In this document: one piece after another, positions 1-14,221 of the stretch
How the letters are laid out: every line of letters begins with the position of its first letter
Numbering within the stretch: position 1 is the first letter of the stretch
DNA from: Dimorphilus gyrociliatus
Lineage: Eukaryota; Animalia; Annelida
NCBI GenBank assembly: GCA_904063045.1
Contig: CAJFCJ010000018.1
Coordinates: forward strand, 496,001-560,000
Direction of reading: 5' to 3'
DNA length: 64,000 nt
Translations under genes and position numbers: made by a program
Notes under the pieces: generated by a model
The model's input: only the letters and a program-made list of their open reading frames with translations
What the model was told of the DNA's origin: nothing
Database searches by the model: none

Positions 1-466
1 GACTATGAATATGTACAAAGATGCAATATCTTAAGGTAGATGTAACTAAATTAATTATTTGTGTACAATGTGCTAATTTCCTATAAGTTGCTTATACCTT
101 TGAATAGACCTGAAAAAATTAAACTATTCATATAATTACTAGACTTAGCAAGCCTATTCTTTTCATTACGGAGAATAAGAAAGAAGAAGTAGTGTGATAT
201 TATTCATTACATAATTGATTATAATTATTATTTTTAAGGTATATACTCAAGAAAGTTTTGAGAAACAGTTAAGATTATAAGTTATGAATTTCAATTTTTT
301 CTTTAAAATTCATGATCATGAATAACCTTCATGTCTAAAATGGCGAATAGGACAAACAAGCTTTAACTGATTGAAGTATTTTACCTTTCGAAACAGAGAA
401 GGTTATTTGAAGAAATGAATAGCATCCATAGATTTTATAAAATTATCATTGAATAAAGAAACTTAC

Positions 467-3400
467 AGTGTTAACTTGGAAAGCGTAAAGCAGATCAAAC
501 GGAATTGCTGCAAGCAAGTCTAACAGGAATAAACCACGTAAATAATTTATGGCAATTAATTTCGGTTCGTACACCACTTGACCACTCTTGCTCACATAGG
601 TTGTTCGAAAGTTAAGAATGATATCTAAAATTTTTAAGACAAATATGTAGTATTTTGTCTGACCTAGACGTTATAATTAGAATTAAGAAATTCATATTTC
701 AAATAACTGTACCAATAATAAATAGCATCTCTACCATAACATCACTGACGATGGAAGCCCTTGATTTATCCTCATCAGCACCCGGAGGTGGTACAAAGCT
801 ATTTGTGCCATTTTTTGGCTGTGACCCAAAAGTAGCATTGTATGGCACAATTATGGCTATATAAAAAGTACAGAATAAAATCAACCAGTCCCAGCCAATT
901 TTGAATATTCCATAATGTAAAATGATAAATTTGTGCGCTTTAATTTCTTGAACTTTGTATTCTGGAATTTGAGTGCTTCCGGAAAAATTTTTTATCTATA
1001 ATCAATATAATACAGTATATACTGCAATTCAATAGCGACAATAAAAAGCATCAATACTTTATTCAACTGTAGCTTGCTCTTCGTGTTCTTTTGTTTGTCA
1101 AACTGGCCGGATAAATGATAGAGGACGGCTCGGCTGAGAAAAGAAGCAATAAATTAATATTTATATAAGACGGCAGTGTTTAATGCGTGGCATATTCTAT
1201 ATTTATAATAAATCGCTAAAAAATTACTCTCTCTTGTACTCAATGTACATCCAGGGCATTTTAAAGAAATACAAAATGGTATTAGTGCATATTTGCTGGT
1301 GTTGAATTGAAGAAAGCTAAACTATTATTCTTTATACACACTAATTGAATGAAAAAGTAGCATAAGCAAAGTGTTATATTGATTATATTCCATGTAAAGT
1401 AAACATTGTAATAATAAAAGAGAGTAAAGATTGAATAAATTAGCGTTTTGCAGAAATTTGTTCAGTCTAAAAATGACTTGCTGCAAGCTTTATAAAAAAA
1501 GAAACAATTCAAGATACTAATTAGAATAGTCTTTTAACTCCATTTGTGAAACACTTAATAGTGAATTTAAAATGCACCGCAAAAGAAAATAAAAGAAATT
1601 AAGCGAATTCTTACGAATGTCTGTATAAACTGTCGGTAGTCATACCACTGCAAACAGTTTCGGTACAAAAGAAAAATGCAAATATAAGAGATAAGGTTTT
1701 AAAAGTTGGAGATAGTAATACGTATAGTGAAGCATTATGTCTTTTTTACTCATATCACACAAGAAATTATTAATACTATATATCTATTATTAAAATGCTA
1801 CATTTACTTAAACCAATGTTGCAGTTTCAAAGTTCTCTTTTGGTAAGAAATCTTTGTAATTATTTACTTAATTTATTAGTAAAATACTCGGAGACAATTA
1901 GCAGTAATTACCTCCTCCTTCTTGAATATTTGTAGCTGTCATCGGACTTCTCATTACTTGTTTGATCTCCACCAGGTGGGAGGACTACTCCACACCTTGT
2001 CCGCCGTTGTTTGAGCAAATTTAAATCCCCTTTGGCATCTATAATCATGTCAATATAAAACTCGAATATTTAGCAATTTTATTTATAATTATTTACCGCC
2101 TAATATACCATCAGATCCTTCGAAAGCCACTGATTTTTCATTGGAAATATCCTTATGCGATGCAAGAAAGAGGACAACTTCTCCTTTCTCGTTCTTAATA
2201 GGGACAATGTCGAGTAAGCAAAGGAAGGCGCTGCCTGTATAATTTGTAGCATAAAATGTACGCTCCTTTTAGCTACTTTAGAATTTAGCCTCATTTTACG
2301 GGCAATGCACAACATGAGGGAAAGAGGGAAAAGGTAGGCAAATCTGCTAGAGTCAGGAAAATTGGCTTATGTAACCGCAAGGCACAAAAGACAATTTCAC
2401 ATCATTCGTTGAAAAAATTTTTAGGCTTAAGAAATTTATACCATCTTTTTTGTAGAACATTACTTCCGTCTTGAGCTCTTCATGTTTTTCTAGAGCTTTA
2501 TCGATTTTAACCTTTTCTTCATCGGCTGTTTCCGGGCCCTAAAAGAGAATGAAAAGGAGAATAATTGAAACGTATGTATACAATATGAAGAAGAGATATT
2601 TGCAGTGCAAACCTGTAGGAACCTGCAGGCGCAACTCTTTGACATTACTTGAGCCCTTGCGAATCCTGTAAGCTCACAGAAGCCATCCGAACAATAGACG
2701 ATCGGATAACCCTGGGCCTGAGCATTTCCCAGAACGAAATTGCTATCTGTGTGTTGTACATAAAAGTTCATTAATCATTCACAAAGTCTACTATATATAG
2801 CGAGATGGAATCTGATTAAAAGTGTTGCAAATTAGATTTGGGTAGAAAGAATTAGGCCTAATTTCCTAAATGTTTAACAATAAAAGCTGCAGTTTTTGAG
2901 CAAGTTTGCGTTGTTGAACTATATTTGCCGGTCATATTGTAGAGAACATTAGTATATTAAACCAATTCCAGTATATTAACTGAAAGCTGCGCCCATGCGA
3001 AAATAAGAATGTTCATGATTTGCTTGCAAATAAGAATAGAAAAAACAATGCATGGGATACACGCGAAATATATAATTATATCAATCAAAGTCACCCTCAG
3101 GATAAAGAAAAGGGCATTAAAAACGCCTCAACAATTATCCTTCATTTTCTGGTATGGAAGAATATGGATCAGAGTGCGCCATTTGTAAAAGAAATAGCTT
3201 TTTTTACATCATCCAATGGAAAACGATAGAATTTTTGTTATAAGAAGCTTTCCAGAATCTGTTTTATTTCATTGCTTTAAATTAGATTTGGGAGATAAAA
3301 AATAATAGAGGTACAGTTTATATGCTATATGGTCTATATAAGAAATAGTCGATATAAAAGTCGTATACACACTAACAACCATAATTCATGAGGCGATAAT

Positions 3401-6400
3401 TTTCACATCTGGACTATAGTATACATAATTGTTTGCATATTTTGCAGTTGAACAAGTGCAAAGAGCCACCTTTCAGCATTAAGACTGTATCGTAACAAGC
3501 CTATCATATGCTAATTTATTTGGCAAACGTCGGTATTCGGATAAGGAATGTCGCTCGTAAAGGAATTAAAGATCACGCATGAGCAGAGTACTAAGTAGGT
3601 AGCCGTCAAGATTGATTGCAAATGTGAGAAAGAAGCTAGAACGAGAGTTTTCCTCCTCAATGTATTTATTGATTTTTAAATGTCACAAGGTGACTGGGTA
3701 GAGTTAGACTTCTATATGAAGATACAGAGAGGAAATAAGTCTATATATAGCAAAAATGATCTAAATATAAACTAAACATATTCTCATCTTTTCTCTTTTC
3801 CATCGTTGCTATGGCGTCCACAGCAAAAACGCCAATTGTACGAGAGCTTTTACTATATAATATAGGCATCGAATTCTTCCTACATTAATACGTATATATT
3901 CTGAGCCAGGGAACTATTATGCTTGCGCCAGAATAGCCAAGGTCATCTTACCAAATGATTCTGAGTGAGAAGTAATTCTGACAATAATGTATAGGAGGTT
4001 TAGGCATCTTTTGGAAACAAGTGCTTCTCAAATCGGCAGTTGAGATGCCCTTGTCTCTTTACGAGCAAACGATACTCGTTCGTTAGCCGTCTATACAAGA
4101 ATTACGAAAAAGAATTGAAGATCGATTTGCAAACAAGTACAGAGTAGACATGCAGAAAGTGAATAAAACGTCAATTGTGTTCGCAGGTGTATTTTTTATA
4201 GAAATTATAGAAGGAGCTGGTGGGTCCATAGAAAAGTAAACAAAAAGCGGATAAGCGAAAAAAAGACGACCAGCTAACGAGTCTCGGGGCGTTCACTTAA
4301 GACTCCAAACGTGACCCATTACTGTTTCTCAGACTTAGCTGTGGATTCCGAAATTTTCCTAGGACGTTATATAATTAGAGCTAAGAAATTAGGTGCAGAG
4401 AAAGTCAATTATCTAACCTACTTTGTTGTTAATATAATAAATTAGACGAGAAAATATGAGAATAGACAGAGCGTAGAACTAAAAAAGATTAGACGAACAA
4501 CGAACAAAATCTGGACACTCTGATCGAAATCGAGTAGTTATCAAAGCTTATACGTCTGATAAGGAGAGCAAATTAGGGATTGAAATCTTTAACAGAGACT
4601 ATAAGAACTAGACATTTTGGGATTAAAATTTCTCTATAGTATCCAAAAAATCATAAAAAAGAAATCGAAGTAATATATATCGAAACTACAATGGAGAGAT
4701 TGAGAAGCGTCAATATTTGCACCATAATTTTCTGACGGGGGTATCTCAACAAATGTCATATTCATTGACTGCGAAAAGGTCGGCTTGTTATCTGTAAATA
4801 ATAAGCCGGATGTAATTAGTTGGTAAATTCATTTTCGTCAACGAGATGCTGCTGAAAAAGCATCATGTCTATCCTTGGAGCAATTACCAGCTGTTAATGA
4901 ATCCAGAGTTTGGTTTACAGTTTACAGTATTATCAGCTGGTTATATTCGATTAGACTGGGTTTAAAGGTTCTCATAGAAACGCAAGTGGGAGAACGTCTA
5001 TGTATCTTCATTATGTTATTATTATTATTATTACCATTATATATAGTAAAAGAATGGCAACTTGACAAATAGCAGTTCTGACACGGACCGACTGCAAAAG
5101 AGTCTGTCAATAGCACGTTTTTCCCTACTGCTCATTTTTCTTCATCATATACAAGCTTCCCTTAAAACGGTCCTTTTCCGTTTCCTTAATGAAATATTCA
5201 GGAGAATTAATCGCAATCTATCACACGACGAAACGTACGACCCCCTCCCCTCGAGGTGTTTCGGAAACGGCAGAAAACGATTTACAGCCGAGCGAATTTA
5301 CTCTAATAGAATATAAGAATATTTCCCTGGAGTTATTACTATTATGACACGATGCTGTTGCTTTTTCTTAATATTTCTGTTCTCCATCTTTCTAGTACTC
5401 CAGATTGTTCTACCGTTTTTCAACCTTTATTAATAATTCAAGACAATTGACGACACTCTACCATATGCCGGAAACTGCGTAGGTGAAAATGTTGGCTGAT
5501 CCCCAGAAAAGCAAAAGCGACATGAAAAGAAGCGATAAATTAATTCGATTACTAAAACTTACAAGTTCATCAATCACTATTCTCTTTGGCAGCTAGCATG
5601 GAAAGTCTCTTATATAAAATAAGATGCCTTAGATTGCAGTACGACTGTGAGCCTAAAGTCGTATAAACAATAAGAAAGTAATCATATTGCGAATCTGACG
5701 CTAAATCCAAACGTCTCAGTCATATAATAATACAAAAACATTTTCATTTACAATTTACTATAATATCCAGAAGACTGGGTAGTCACGCTCGATTAGTTCC
5801 TATCTGACTTTGACATGTCCTCATTAGTTTTTCAAGCCTTACCTCCTGCTGCTTGCACGAAGTGCAGAAGGCGTGAATAAGAACGAACTATCTATTCAAT
5901 ATATATCTATTTACTACTTCATGAATAATTAATAATATACTTCAGATGATTGATTCACAGTTTTATTTAAAGCTGTATGTATTAAGGTAGGTTTTAACTT
6001 TTACATATGCAGGAAAGTGATTAGTGTAAACTATCCTAGCCTTAGCACATTACAAACATTCTATACGCGACGTTGCATTAGATATATACATAGAGTGTGA
6101 CTACGGATTCCAATCGATTCAAAAATTATACGCTATAAGATAAAAAGGGGAAGGTCAGAAAAGAAGGAAGGCATTTATTATTCAGAATAGTCGAAATTTA
6201 ATTAAGGCTAACGATTGGAGCAGTTCCTACTATAAAATTACTATTAATTTACATCCTCTAGCTAATTTCAAATAACATTGATCGCGAGCTCGAGTAATAA
6301 GATGCGTTTTCATACTATTGACAAACGTCATGAAACGTTGCATGGTGGAGGCTATTTAAAATGGACAACATAAGTCAATTTGCGGTTGGCATGTCGAACG

Positions 6401-6900
6401 ACAAATATTCAGTCGGTATAAAGATATAGTCAAGCTACATTAACTTTTTCGGCCTATAATGACAAACAGAAAACTGTCATGTTTCCTTGTATATTGATTG
6501 TGCGCTGCCGTAGTCTTCAAAAGGGAAACTGAGTATTACGGCTGAAACCTTATATCGCATTCTTTATTTTATGTATACTATATATATATATATATATACC
6601 CTAAATAAACTGATACTACATACAAAATACTCGATTGTGTCTCTTAATTTAAAAGCAGATTCAAATTCGTCTCACTTTTAATGTAAACAATATTATCGAA
6701 TTACGAATGTCTCATGTGTGTCACAATGTACTAAAATTATTTCAGTCTACTTTATTATTTTGTGGAGCATAACGTAAAATATCATTTTTGTATCAATTTG
6801 CTGGCAAAGCAAAGAAATACTTACGTGTACCATCGAATCGTGTGGCGATCGTGTCTAAGAAGGTGTTTTGTGGAGCCAACAAGCCCTTTCTAGCAGGCAT
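467..6900 (-). CDS. ELK-subfamily (KCNH3/4/8-like) voltage-gated K+ channel, 5' part only; the gene continues past position 1
   Basis: Exon 1 6900-6825 encodes [26 protein letters not shown] (EAG PAS-cap). The exon from 2746 encodes [25 protein letters not shown] (PAS), followed by [25 protein letters not shown] and [14 protein letters not shown]1-S2 exon (ending 713): [40 protein letters not shown]. Exon 624-467: [21 protein letters not shown]. The RRRSRAVLYH and [10 protein letters not shown] segments are ELK-type. Confidence 0.95.
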
Positions 6901-7473
6901 TTTATTCCATTTTAAAAGTCTTTTTGCGCTAGCAGTGTTATTCTGGAGTGGGCTGTTCAATTAAGTTATAATGAAAGCCGGCTTGAAACAAATTGAACTG
7001 ATTAATCCAAGGTTTTTAACAGCATATTTCTTATATTCCAGTTATATTCCAGGTCGAAAAATATGGTTGTAAGGTAAAGTATTTAATATTCTTTCATCAG
7101 TTTCTTCTAACAGCTGGAGTACTGATAGAAAATTAGAAAGTGATTTGTATTTATTGAATAGTTATCATTAAATGTTGTTTTCAGTCACTGAAAAAAGTAG
7201 ATCTTTATCCATGTAAAGAATTATGAACGTTTATTATTGATTGAAAAAGCCTGTTGCATTCAACGACTCAACTCAAAAGTGTTGCAATAACCAATGTACA
7301 CCGACACCAGCGATCCTGGTGTTATTTTTGTAGTTAGCGCCATCTTGCTAAAAAGTTTTCGTAAGTCTTTCTGTTTAATCGATTTTATTCAAAGATTTTT
7401 TTTTAAATAAGTAAAAAGCCTTGATGAAATATTTAGTAAAAGAAAAAAAATGTTTCTATTTATTTTTTTGTCC

Positions 7474-10400
7474 TTATTCTTCACATTCTTCTCTTGTTTG
7501 AAGCAAAGTTTGGCTTCTGTGAAAATTAAGGACAGCAGCTTTTCTACTTTTGTTTGCTTTTAAATCTTTCACCTTGCTATCACGAACGTCATCTTCCCAA
7601 AGTGACAGCTGTATGTTCCATGAATTTAGTAATTTATCCCGATCTGAGTCAATAGTCTGAGGTGTTGTCATATTTAGAGCTGTAAACATTCTCTTAAACA
7701 AATGATAAACAAAAGTTAGTAATACTTACAAAATGGGTGGGAGAATGTACTGAATCGAAACAGAAATATAACAAAGAAAATAAGAGATATAGGAGGGAAA
7801 AGGGCGCCTCTATCATGATAATCCACAATAGTTCTAAATCTCCCATAATAATAATGCTCCCTAGCATTTTGCTGCACTTGATCGAAAGTAAAAGTGAATT
7901 GAGCTATAAGAAGATTGAGGAGTAGGACGTTCGTAATTACAATATAAATTCCCAACAGCCAAGGCACAAATTGTCGTCCGTACTCACTTGGGCAATCCGT
8001 TGCAGCAACTGAAGATGCGTTACTTTTACATACTGATAAATTCTCGCCTCTTATATCGTCCACAAATAACTCTCCAAACATTTGAAAATATGGTCTTAAG
8101 AGTAAATTCTGTGCCCTTATACCATCCCATCCTTCACCAGGGTATAACATGGCATGTGTTCCAATTCCGTAAGCTAATATTATAACAATCAAGATCATGA
8201 GAAAAAATCCCAAGTCAGCAAGCTATCGATAGATTAGACGTTAAAACAATAATAAATTAATAAATTAAAACAAAACCATTTTCCCGATTGTAACAATTTG
8301 GGGACCGAGAGTGGAGTGAAGAGTAAAGAAATGTAGTATTTTCAAGATAAAACCACACAAACTCAGTCCCAAAAATATTCTCGCCCATTCAACTCCGTCA
8401 AATCTCAATGCAAAACCAACATAGAAAAGACTAATACCAATCATATCACAAATATTCCAGGTATCGGAAAAATATTTTATGAAGCCTCGTCCTGAGAGTT
8501 TCTCTCGTATAGCTTGCAGAATTTCTTCTAAGAAAAAGGTAGCCACAAAAATTGCCAATACAATAAACCACGAATCAGTTTTATAGTACTTTAGCATGGC
8601 CACACAAAAAATAATAAGAAAAGTGATAAAATATATCTGCAAATGATTCGTTAATTTCATAAGAGTAGTAAGGCGTCTACTTACGAAAGTCCAAAACATG
8701 GTTACTATTGGACTTTTATAAAATTCAATTAAATTTTGATACCAATAATTTTTGTAGTCTGTTGCTGTATAACCTTTCTCTATCTAATGAAATGGAGTTT
8801 TTTAACAAATATAAAATTGAAAAATTTTTATAACTAACAGTTCTTTTCGCTTTCAACAGCACTGCGTCATTATCGTTTATTTGGTGGAAGTTGCTTTCAT
8901 TTATAAATTTAAAAATAAGTAGCGAAAGAGGAATAACAGGTGCAATCAGAGTGAGGAATAGTATCTGCCATAACAAAGATGATTATTTCCTTCCTGAATT
9001 AAATAAACATATTTTATCACCTTAATTGAACTCATGTCAGCTTTACAGGGACCCCTCCAAACTCTTTCAATGACTTGTTTGCAAGAATCAGTTACGATAA
9101 ATGCTCGATGATGTGCCATTCTTGCCAGCAAGAGAGGTGACTGATTACCAAAAGATGGCAATTGCCTAACAAGCAATAATTGAGCATTTCGCTCATCAGC
9201 TTCACCGCACCTAATTTGGAAGATGTAATATACTATATATATTTTTTTCAAAAATGTTGAAAATTTTTGTAAGATATACTGACAAATTAATAAAATTAAC
9301 GGCGAGTTCCTGCATAGTGCTCCTAGCCATTACTGTTTGCTCATATATTTCATCGAGGGGATGTATATTATGACGCAAAACTTTCAAAAGCCTGCATGCG
9401 AAAAGAAGACAAGCCAGAGGATGTTCAACTCTTTCCCATAAGATTTGAGCTAAATCACATCTGATGAGAGCAACTGCCCATATGAAAATATCATCTGCTT
9501 TTGCAAAGACGGCATCTTTACTAAAAGTACTCTTAGAAAGATTATCCGTAACTATGTTTAAAAGAATAAAATATAATAAATAATAGTAAATATAAAACAA
9601 TATTTTTTCGCTCAACCGTTTGCTTGAGATCCCATAAAGCATTTGTAGAGACTTACAATATCTGTCACGTCTACCCCTTCTTCATTAAAATTATGGTGCT
9701 GTGAAAAGACTATTGTAGGCTTTTGTAATGAAAATGATAATATTTTAATACTATTTTGTGAAGCATTCGAAATAATATGCTTTTCTTGTCAATAGTTTTA
9801 TAAAGCTGCGCCAGATTAACCCCAGCTAGTTCATAGTCTTTAAAACTCTCGTCACCATGACGCAATTTAGCTTCCTGCTCCAGGAAAACGCTTATGACAT
9901 CAACTCGGTTTTTTCGCAAGGCTAATTCTAAAGGTAAATCACTCAGTTTTATATTACTCTGAAATATAATTTTTCATGTTAGTTCGAATTCGGAGAGAAA
10001 TTTACACAACCTCTTTATATGACATTAATCTTTTTACGATTTCCAAGTCATCAAAATCAACTGCCAACTTCATGGTCGATCTCCATCCTTGTTCATTTTC
10101 TTGTCCGTGCCACTGCCTTTTCTTAATATCTAAATCCAGAGCTCTCAAAATCAGTTTATCTAGAGGGGTGTGACTATCTTCAGCAGGATCATATATTTGA
10201 ATCATATTTGAACCAATATAATTAATAAACGTTTTAAAATTCCTAAAAAATTTTTCAAAACCATTGTTAACTGTTACATGATAACTTTCTGTCAGTTTCG
10301 TTTTCAAATCCTCTTCCTGCATCCATTTTAATTAAATTAAAAGATATCTAAACTCAAATAAAGAACATACAGAAATCTTTCCAGCCTCTTCATCTCCATT

Positions 10401-11529
10401 TTTCAACTGATGGTAGTATATCAGCAGCTGGGTGACTCTAGAAGAACCTTTGACAAGAATAACAGGAGTATTTTTTTTTAAGCTGTTTACAATGGTTGAT
10501 AATGTGCCAGGGCCACCCCCAATCGAAATGCATATTATCGGAATGTTTTCTGAATCAAAGATTTATAATTATTTCTCTCAGTAACATCATATTAACTAAC
10601 TGTTTTCATGAAAGAATTGCTCCAAATCAGTTCTAAAGCTCACTTCAGAACCCCAATTTCCATTTTCATCATCTATAAGCAAAAAATGAGAATGGTCTTT
10701 GTTCAGATGTGTGCAACCTTTTCTAAAAAATTTTTTCAAATGTTATTGAATAAAAGATACGATTATTTTAGTACTTTTCATGTTTTAAATTGTATTTGAA
10801 AGGATTTTCTACATAGCTCTCTTTTCCTTCCATACGTGATTGTTCAATTATTCTCTCCCAAGCTGCAATCCCTATGATTGTAGTATCATTTTCAATATCC
10901 ATTACGTGATCAGGAGCTCTTAGCAATTCTCCAGTTTGCTGCATGACACCAGCGTCTGTTCCGCCAGTTATAACCCACGAGTCTATTTAAAATTGGTATT
11001 TAATATTTTTAAGATATATTACAATTATAATTAATGAGTTACCAGAATTTTTTACTACATATCTTAATTCTTTTCCCCATCTAAATTTAAACTTTGCTCC
11101 TTTAACTTTTTTATCCATATCTAATGCATCTCCTGTAACTGAGACAATTAAGTCGGGCACTGGTCGATTCCAGTAGCGATGCTCGGTCAATAAGGTCCAA
11201 ACTTTCTCTAAATGGGTGCTTGCGAATGATTGGTTTTCACTTCTTTCCGATATTTCGTGTCTTCCTAATTTTACGAACTGTTTTTAAAAACTCTATAAAT
11301 GATTGTAAAAATTAGAAAGAAACACCCTACTTTTCTATCGTAAAATTGCAAAAGCGGGAATTCATCTTTATAAAATTTCAAAGATCCAAAACAACGTTTT
11401 CTTTCATTATTGTCTTTTCTATAAAATTTTATGCTATTCAATCATTTTAATAGACTTAATTAGAAACAATAACCTGGTTGAGGAGCAGAGGTCTCTATAC
11501 AGTTCTTGCTGGAGGACAAATCGAGTCAT
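7474..11529 (-). CDS. TRPM-family cation channel (multi-exon, no C-terminal NUDT9-H or kinase domain)
   Basis: SLOG/MHR motifs PDLIVSVTGDA, WVITGGTDAGV, ISIGGGPGTL and FIWAV; 6-TM region with WNICDMIGI, LGPQIVTIGKM, pore PYFQMFGEL and NVLLLNLLIA. ATG at 11529 splices in frame through exons ending at 11331. The start is less certain than the body. Confidence 0.9.
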
Positions 11530-11581
11530 TATTAAATCTTTTTTAGCAGTAACATGCTTTTATAGAAATTTACACTGAATT

Positions 11582-11591
11582 GTCACGTGAC
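11582..11591. promoter_or_regulatory. Perfect palindromic GTCACGTGAC (CLEAR/USF-type E-box) upstream of TRPM
   Basis: Exact 10-mer about 53 nt 5' of ATG 11529. Confidence 0.55.
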
Positions 11592-13324
11592 CTAAGAGTA
11601 TGTGATAAGGCCAATGTGTGGCTTTAAGACAATCCTACAAATTTTGCTATTTTAAAGTTTTCTTACTGGTATTTCCTTACTCTTAACTCGCGTTTCAAAG
11701 TCTTCAACTCGGTTAGAACTCGCACCTATGATAATTTTAATAATTTTTAATTTAGCAATATACAAATATAGCTTGTTCCTTTAATTCAAGAATTGCTTAT
11801 AAATAAACATTAAAACTCTATACAAATACATACTATAAAGCTTACTTCGTTTTTTAGCCATTTTATTTTATACTTCTAACATGATGATCAAACTTGATAT
11901 GTTCATAACGTAATATTTCCTAGCGACATAAACTTCATATGGCCAATATCACCAGCTTGTCAAAACATGTTAGATTATCGGACCGAGCCTGTTGGCCAGC
12001 ATTTTTACAATATAAACAACCTAATCTTAAGTCTGGGAGAAGTGATTTCTCGTTATTTACAGAGCAGCATAAATGATATGACATGATTAACATTTTTGAA
12101 TCTCAAACATTTAGGAAACACCTTAGTATGAGTATCGCGTGAAGCAAAAATTTTGTGAAGTATAAATCTATTGATTTGTCTTTTAAGCAACTTATATTTA
12201 CATTTATGCTGGTGATAACTTTCCGTCAAATGTCTTAATAAAAATTCTAACAGATTCTTTTTCGATCCGCTCTTTTTAACTTTTTTTTACAGGAAATAAA
12301 TAATGAATGGCAATAATTTTTTAGGTTTCTACGAACTTTATGCAATAGAAATTAAGGTTATACATATTAATATTGAAAAAGGGACTGTCGCTGATATGTG
12401 TGCATTTATGTACACAAAATATATAATTTTATTTGTTATTTAAAATTAATTCTAAAACCGTTTAAGCGATTTGTAAATCGTAAAGAACATATAAGGAAAC
12501 ATCTCCTCAATGTTCTATTTTCTTCTAAAGATCCTTAATTTTGTTCCCTGGAATTTCTGACCAGAGCTTATTCGTTTATTTCAGAATTGATGAGAGCAAT
12601 TTAGTAAAAACATGTAACTCTATTGTTCATCAATACATTTTGAATGAATATATTAAAGATTTTGCCATTTTATATCTGGATCCCAATTTTTTAGGAGCAA
12701 AGTACTGATATACTCAGCATATTCCAAATTAGGTATATTTTCCATATGAGAACTTTATCGAAAGAGTACTTGCAAATCTCACTGACCCTTTCAAAACCAT
12801 TAAAATGAAACAAAAATTTGTTTTCAAGCTAAATTGTAACATATCGTCATTCAGCGTAGATTTGTGGCAGAAGAAATATAAAATAAATATTTTTTTCTGA
12901 ATAGTTTCTAAGCTGACTGAACTAAAAAGTGTTCGATTATATTTAAAATCTCAAAAATTAATAAATTAATAAATTTAATTAGCCTCAAGTCTAATTTGAT
13001 TAATCATCAAACCAATGCTCGTCGTTCAACGTTGAATGATATATTAATTAAAGGCCGAATACATTGGGAAAATTACTCTATTTTGAATTGAGTTGAACAA
13101 TTATTTTATAATAAATCAAATCTAAGATAAAATCAAAGTTTTATTATCAGCTTGAAAGGAATGCCTAGAATTCTTATTTAAAAATTACAATCTCGAAATG
13201 GTTTCTGAATGGAGTAATCTGTAGTCTTGCAAATAGTATTCTTTGCTCGTACCTAAATACCAAACTGTAATAGACAACTGCAGTACTGCAACGGCCAATC
13301 TAACGAAAACAAGGTGAGAACCTC

Positions 13325-13334
13325 TGCGCATGCG
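13325..13334. promoter_or_regulatory. NRF1-like motif TGCGCATGCG in the probable GMC promoter
   Basis: GC-rich motif in an otherwise AT-rich gap, next to CCAAT and a GTGAGA splice donor. Confidence 0.4.
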
Positions 13335-13892
13335 TTAAACGATTCTCAAAGATATTCTTAGACCAGTTAGTGGTCCGAGCAGACAAAACTCCTTCAATTT
13401 AAAATTTTATAATCTATTCTTCAGTTGTTTAGAGGTTGGTGTTTAAGCTTACGTAAGCTATGTACTTCTCTTTGCTTAAAAACATTTAAAATATTCAAAA
13501 TCCTGAGAACATAACTTTTCAAAGATAATTTAGAATTTTGTTTAGTCTTTGAAAACCTAATTTTGCAGTTTTTTCTATGGAAGCCATTTTGATGTTTAAC
13601 GTGAAGGTTAAGGTGTAGGCTAAAATTGTTGATGGTTCTCTTAAATTATACGTAAGACAACAAATTTCTTAGGGATTTTTCTTACAAATTAGCTAGCATT
13701 TTAGGCTGGCAGACTTAGGTGTAAACATTGATCTATTTGCGTGTTCTCAAAATATTTTCAGCAGCGACAGCAATGGTAAGTATAGACTTATGAGCATTTT
13801 CTATAAATATTATTCGTAACTTTTCTTTTATTAATATTTATTTTGTCCTGTTTCTCCAAACACTGCTATTATCTCAATCCCATTTATTTTTT

Positions 13893-13965
13893 TTATATTT
13901 TTAATATTTTTATATTTTTAGAATTTTTAATATTTTTAGAATTTTTAATTTTTCTAGTCTTTTAG
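13893..13965 (+). repeat. Degenerate ~9-nt tandem repeat (ATATTTTTA/GAATTTTTA)
   Basis: About seven imperfect units in a non-coding intron 5' of the GMC start. Confidence 0.6.
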
Positions 13966-14221
13966 TATTTTCACATTTAATTAGAAAAATATTCCTGGAT
14001 AACCGTATTAATACATACTTCTAAAGAATAGTAGAAGTAGATACAATACTTGAAATTCCATTGAAAAATGTATAATATATTTTGTAAATAGTTTTGTATC
14101 TTTTTCTCATGGAATTTCGAGGACATGTAGAATGAGCAGATAGTAAACTTGAACTTAACAATGATAGGAGCCCCGAAGACGGTTATCAGTTCGTCGTTCT
14201 TCCGTACCTGCCGAAGATAGA

